Source of the DNA: Dehalococcoidia bacterium
Lineage (GTDB): Bacteria; Chloroflexota; Dehalococcoidia; SZUA-161
Assembly: GCA_004376205.1 (NCBI GenBank)
Contig: SOKG01000164.1
Span: 1 to 47,837 of the forward strand
Length of the DNA stretch: 47,837 nt
Reading direction: 5' to 3'
This document shows, in pieces, positions 47,266-47,837 of the stretch; position 1 is the first letter of the stretch; each line of letters opens with the position of its first letter. The translations under genes were made by a program, and so were the position numbers. The notes under the pieces are model-generated. The model had not been told where the DNA came from. It worked only from the letters and a program-made list of their open reading frames with translations, and ran no database searches.

Positions 47266-47837
47266 ATGAAAGCTACCGAGGAATGCTACTACTGCTTGGA
47301 GAGGCTCCTGCGTCAGGCTGCTGAGCTGGCTACCGAGGAGCCCGAGTTGAGGACGAAGGTTATAGAGGAAGGGCTCGTGCTGCTAGACCGCGAGTTCTCC
47401 ACAGATAAGACCTCCATCGCTACTGCCACGCCCCTGCACCGCCTGGTCAGGGCGCTAACCGGCAATGCCGATCCCTACCACAGGATCAAGGAAGCGGAGT
47501 TGGGGATGGCCGCAGAGCTTCAACGGAGCTTGCAGCACAATCCCGAAGGAGACCTCAGGAACTGCCTTGTCTTCGCTGTTCGGGGAAACACCATAGATTT
47601 CTTCAGAGACGTCAGCGGGATCCTGGAGGAAATGGGGGAACCGGTAGAGTTTGTCATCGATGACATAGTGAAGCTGGAGGGAGAGCTGGAAGGGGCAAAG
47701 AGCATCCTTTATCTGGCGGACAACGCCGGGGAGGTACCCTTCGACCTGCCTCTGGTGAATAGGCTGGGAGGTTACGTCACCGTCACCTATGTGGTGAAAG
47801 AGTCACCCGTCCAAGACGACATCACTCTCGCCGATGT
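47266..47837 (+). CDS. DUF89 (ARMT1-like damage-control phosphatase) family protein, 3'-truncated by window end
   Basis: Open frame from ATG 47266 to the window edge. N-terminal CYYC and ADNAGEVPFDL are typical of DUF89. Missing from the track because it has no stop. Confidence 0.75.
   Translation, partial: MKATEECYYCLERLLRQAAELATEEPELRTKVIEEGLVLLDREFSTDKTSIATATPLHRLVRALTGNADPYHRIKEAELGMAAELQRSLQHNPEGDLRNCLVFAVRGNTIDFFRDVSGILEEMGEPVEFVIDDIVKLEGELEGAKSILYLADNAGEVPFDLPLVNRLGGYVTVTYVVKESPVQDDITLAD

Noticed and set aside
47520-47705. 61-aa minus-strand ORF near the window end.
   Set aside because: It is antisense to the clearly DUF89-like open frame that runs from 47266 to the window edge.
1-47837. 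Scan for CRISPR arrays, IS elements, integrases, prophage or toxin-antitoxin cassettes, and rRNA genes.
   Set aside because: I saw no direct-repeat/spacer arrays, terminal inverted repeats, transposase or integrase-like ORFs, or rRNA-like sequence. Intergenic space is short and explained by promoters and leaders.

Overview
Core-chromosome window from a bacterium. Gene order looks Terrabacteria-like (Firmicutes/Chloroflexota-type arrangements), judged by eye only because no search was possible. The translation/transcription apparatus dominates. The minus-strand block 67-17593 reads recA-recX-rny-ymdB-PHP-fabZ-(Zn-ribbon membrane protein) / yacL-ispD-ispF-cysS / tRNA-Thr-tRNA-Tyr-tRNA-Thr-tuf-rpmG-secE-nusG-rplK-rplA-[thiolase pair]-rplJ-rplL. 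Next come ogt (+) and dnaE (-). The plus-strand block 22089-41914 is one continuous str-S10-spc-alpha super-operon (rpsL to rplQ) followed by truA-rplM-rpsI. The right end (42-47.8 kb) holds small housekeeping/accessory genes: an Isf-like flavoprotein, an HD hydrolase, Nnr, a transglutaminase-like protein, a CBS/ACT protein, a DUF4389-NucS-like membrane protein and a partial DUF89 gene. I saw no rRNA, CRISPR array, transposase, integrase or phage genes. The most unusual content is a tightly coupled two-gene module wedged between rplA and rplJ. It pairs an intact SCP2/archaeal-type thiolase with an HMG-CoA-synthase-like::DUF35 fusion whose three catalytic landmark residues all appear substituted. 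Secondary points: a structured str-operon leader with twin covarying CUUG hairpins, an L10-leader terminator/antiterminator, an ambiguous extended start for L7/L12, a Cys4 insert in EF-Tu, an atypical EF-G domain IV loop and a membrane-anchored NucS-like nuclease domain. All domain calls rest on remembered motifs and by-eye alignment and need profile searches.
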